A model generated the notes under the pieces. It was given only the letters and a program-made list of their open reading frames with translations, had not been told where the DNA came from and did no database searches. This document shows, piece after piece, positions 61,878 through 64,000 of a stretch of DNA of 64,000 nucleotides (position 1 is the first letter of the stretch; every line of letters starts with the position of its first letter). The position numbers were made by a program, and so were the translations under genes. Source of the DNA: Geosiphon pyriformis uo1 (taxonomy: Eukaryota > Fungi > Glomeromycota); the NCBI GenBank assembly GCA_016748015.1, contig JAAOMT010000429.1, positions 124,001-188,000 on the forward strand, read 5' to 3'.

Positions 61878-63263
61878 ATGAACCCCGAAAACTACAACAA
61901 TCTTAAACAATATCTGGAAACATTAACAATCCCAACAGATTGGTTCTTAGATGAAAAATATCAGTTACAACAACAAGCCAAACAATACTTCTTACACAAC
62001 AACATTATTTATTATTGAAACTTCAGAAACCCAGACAGTCAGCTCAGATTAATACAAGAACATGAAAAAGAAACCATTTTATATAACATGTACTCAGACC
62101 TTTTATCAGCATATCTAGGAAAAGACAGCACCACCCAGAGAACACTAGAATATTATTTTTGGCCTCAAATGAGAAAAGACATTCATGAATACATTAAGTC
62201 TTGTGATAGTTGTCAAAGAAGAAGAAGAACTCGCCCTACAGAACCTTTAAACCCAATCAAAGTTAGACAGCTTTTTGACTAAATTGGTATCAATTTAGTC
62301 AAACCACTCCTTATTACAAACCAAGAAAACTGTTATATTGTAGTAGCTGTAGACTATCTCACCAAATGGCCTGAAGTCAGAGCCATTCAACGAGCAGATG
62401 CAAAATCAGTAGCAAGCTTCATCTATGAAAACATTATTTGTAGACATGGATGTCCAATAGAACTTTTATCTGATTAAGGAACACATTTCGTGAACAATTA
62501 AATCCAGGAAATTTGTGGATGATTTAATGTCAAGAGACCATTATCTTCATCCTACCATCCACAAACAAATGAACTTGTAGAATGTTTTAACAGGACATTA
62601 TGTGAATTATTAGCCAAAGTCTTAACCGATTTTGAGCAAGAATAGGATCTCTTTATTCCATCAGTGTTACTGGCATATAGAACACTAAAACAAGATACCA
62701 CAAAACACACACCATTTGATTTAACATACGAAAGGACAGCAACATTACCAATTAGTTTTATAGTGGAAACATACTCAGCACAACCAATTGATAAAAACAA
62801 TTTCCAAGAAACACTACAATGAAGAGTCTACACTCTACTTAGCACGTTAGAAGGAAAATAACAAATAGCAGCCACCCATATTAAACACTTCCAAGCTCAA
62901 CAAAAAGAACAGCATGATGACAAATTGTCTCCAGTTACCAGTGGATTTAAAATCGGAAACAAAGTTCTCTTACACAGAACTAAAGCTGAAAAACAATAGA
63001 GTGGAAAATTTGAAAATAAATGAGATGAACCATTCTTTATCCATGAAGTCCTAGGCAATGGATCATACAAGCAAAGACTTGATAACAAAATTCTAGCAAA
63101 AGTTGCACATGGAGATTGTTTGAAACACTATAATTCCAGAAACAATCCTGAACCATTAATTCCACAAATTGGCACACATTCCTTTTTAATCAATCCCAAA
63201 GATATTCCCTGGAATTTAAAACCAATAGTTGTTATTAAACAACCTCCCAACTTGAACACTTAA
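61878..63263 (+). pseudogene. I integrase (separate ORF)
   Basis: aaacaATGaac at 61878, in a different frame from RNase H; colinear with the G integrase. Confidence 0.9.
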
Positions 63264-63386
63264 TTTAAATTTATTATTATAGTTATCTTCTTATAATTTA
63301 GAAACAATCTCACAAAAACAAAACAAAAAATAACATAAAAACCCATATACCAAAAGCAATTTTCTTTTATTTTCAAATCTCTTATA

Positions 63387-64000
63387 ATGACTATTCCTCA
63401 AAACATTTAACAATTATTCCAAAAACTAATGTTAGCTTTAAAAACAATATCCGAATTATCCATTACTGTTACTAGAAACCACATTAATTATACCTAAACA
63501 GAAGTAGTTACAAATTCAGCCCCAAATTCACGAAAATATTATCCATATAAAAAGAACACAAGAAGTTATTCTGGAATTCACCTGCCAGAACTTTTAAAGT
63601 TTGCTTTAAGAGAAAACTTAATGCTCACTCCTATTAGTATTCCACCAAATACTACTATTTAACAAAAACTTCAACTGTGTCTTAACAAAGAAAACTATGA
63701 CTATACTCCAATATATAGATATTTATACATTGGAAAAACACTTCACAAACAAAAACGAGAGTTTACAGCAGCAAACCTCACAAAAGAAGCTATTCGAAAA
63801 CAACTCCACAATAAATTTAAGACAACAGCTGGACCTACAAACAGTTGTTATAAACTAAGAGCTGTTCTTAGACTTTATGACCTATTTTACACCCGTGAAA
63901 ACGTCTTACAAAACCCAATTTTACAACTTTTGAAGATTCAATACATTGGAAAGCTCACAAAACTGAAATTTCAACAATTTTCAGACCAAATTTCTTCAAT
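63387..64000 (+). pseudogene. I ORF3 (disrupted, runs off the window)
   Basis: Homologue of G 38134-38853 with CAA>TAA stops. Confidence 0.75.

Larger units (their letters stand above)
55176..64000 (+). mobile_element. Element I: family-2 dUTPase Ty3/Gypsy element (3' end outside the window)
   Basis: 5' LTR 55176-56156 homologous to the G LTRs; PBS 56159-56176; colinear with G throughout. Confidence 0.95.

Overview
The whole window is AT-rich eukaryotic repeat DNA. I found no host gene, RNA gene or CRISPR array. It is a five-deep nest of decayed Ty3/Gypsy (Metaviridae) LTR retrotransposons plus LINE-type pieces. From memory the proteins resemble Glomeromycotina (AM fungus/Geosiphon-like) repeats; this is unverified. 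Reconstruction from LTR ends (TGTTAC...GTAACA), PBS/PPT, 4-bp TSDs and re-joined host reading frames: element E (-, 5935-47518) hosts A (-, in its 3' LTR), D (+, 10555-34973, between gag and PR) and G (-, 37195-47058, in its 5' LTR). D hosts solo LTR C (12025-26496), C hosts B (-, 12739-26287), and B hosts non-autonomous F (+, 17820-21213) and solo LTR H (22548-23414). To the right are an ORF1-only gag-like gene (-) and a LINE (+) carrying solo LTR J and element I (+, 55176 to beyond the window). The most unusual feature is the gene organisation. In all five copies that retain the region (three lineages), the ORF ending in RNase H stops and integrase follows as a separate ORF with its own start codon, then an unknown ORF3. 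The dUTPase-bearing lineages also carry a Cys-rich domain between PR and RT. The LTR leaders hold palindromic kissing-loop-like elements, and the U3 regions hold family-specific repeat cassettes. All copies are pseudogenised, almost entirely by C>T/G>A transitions.
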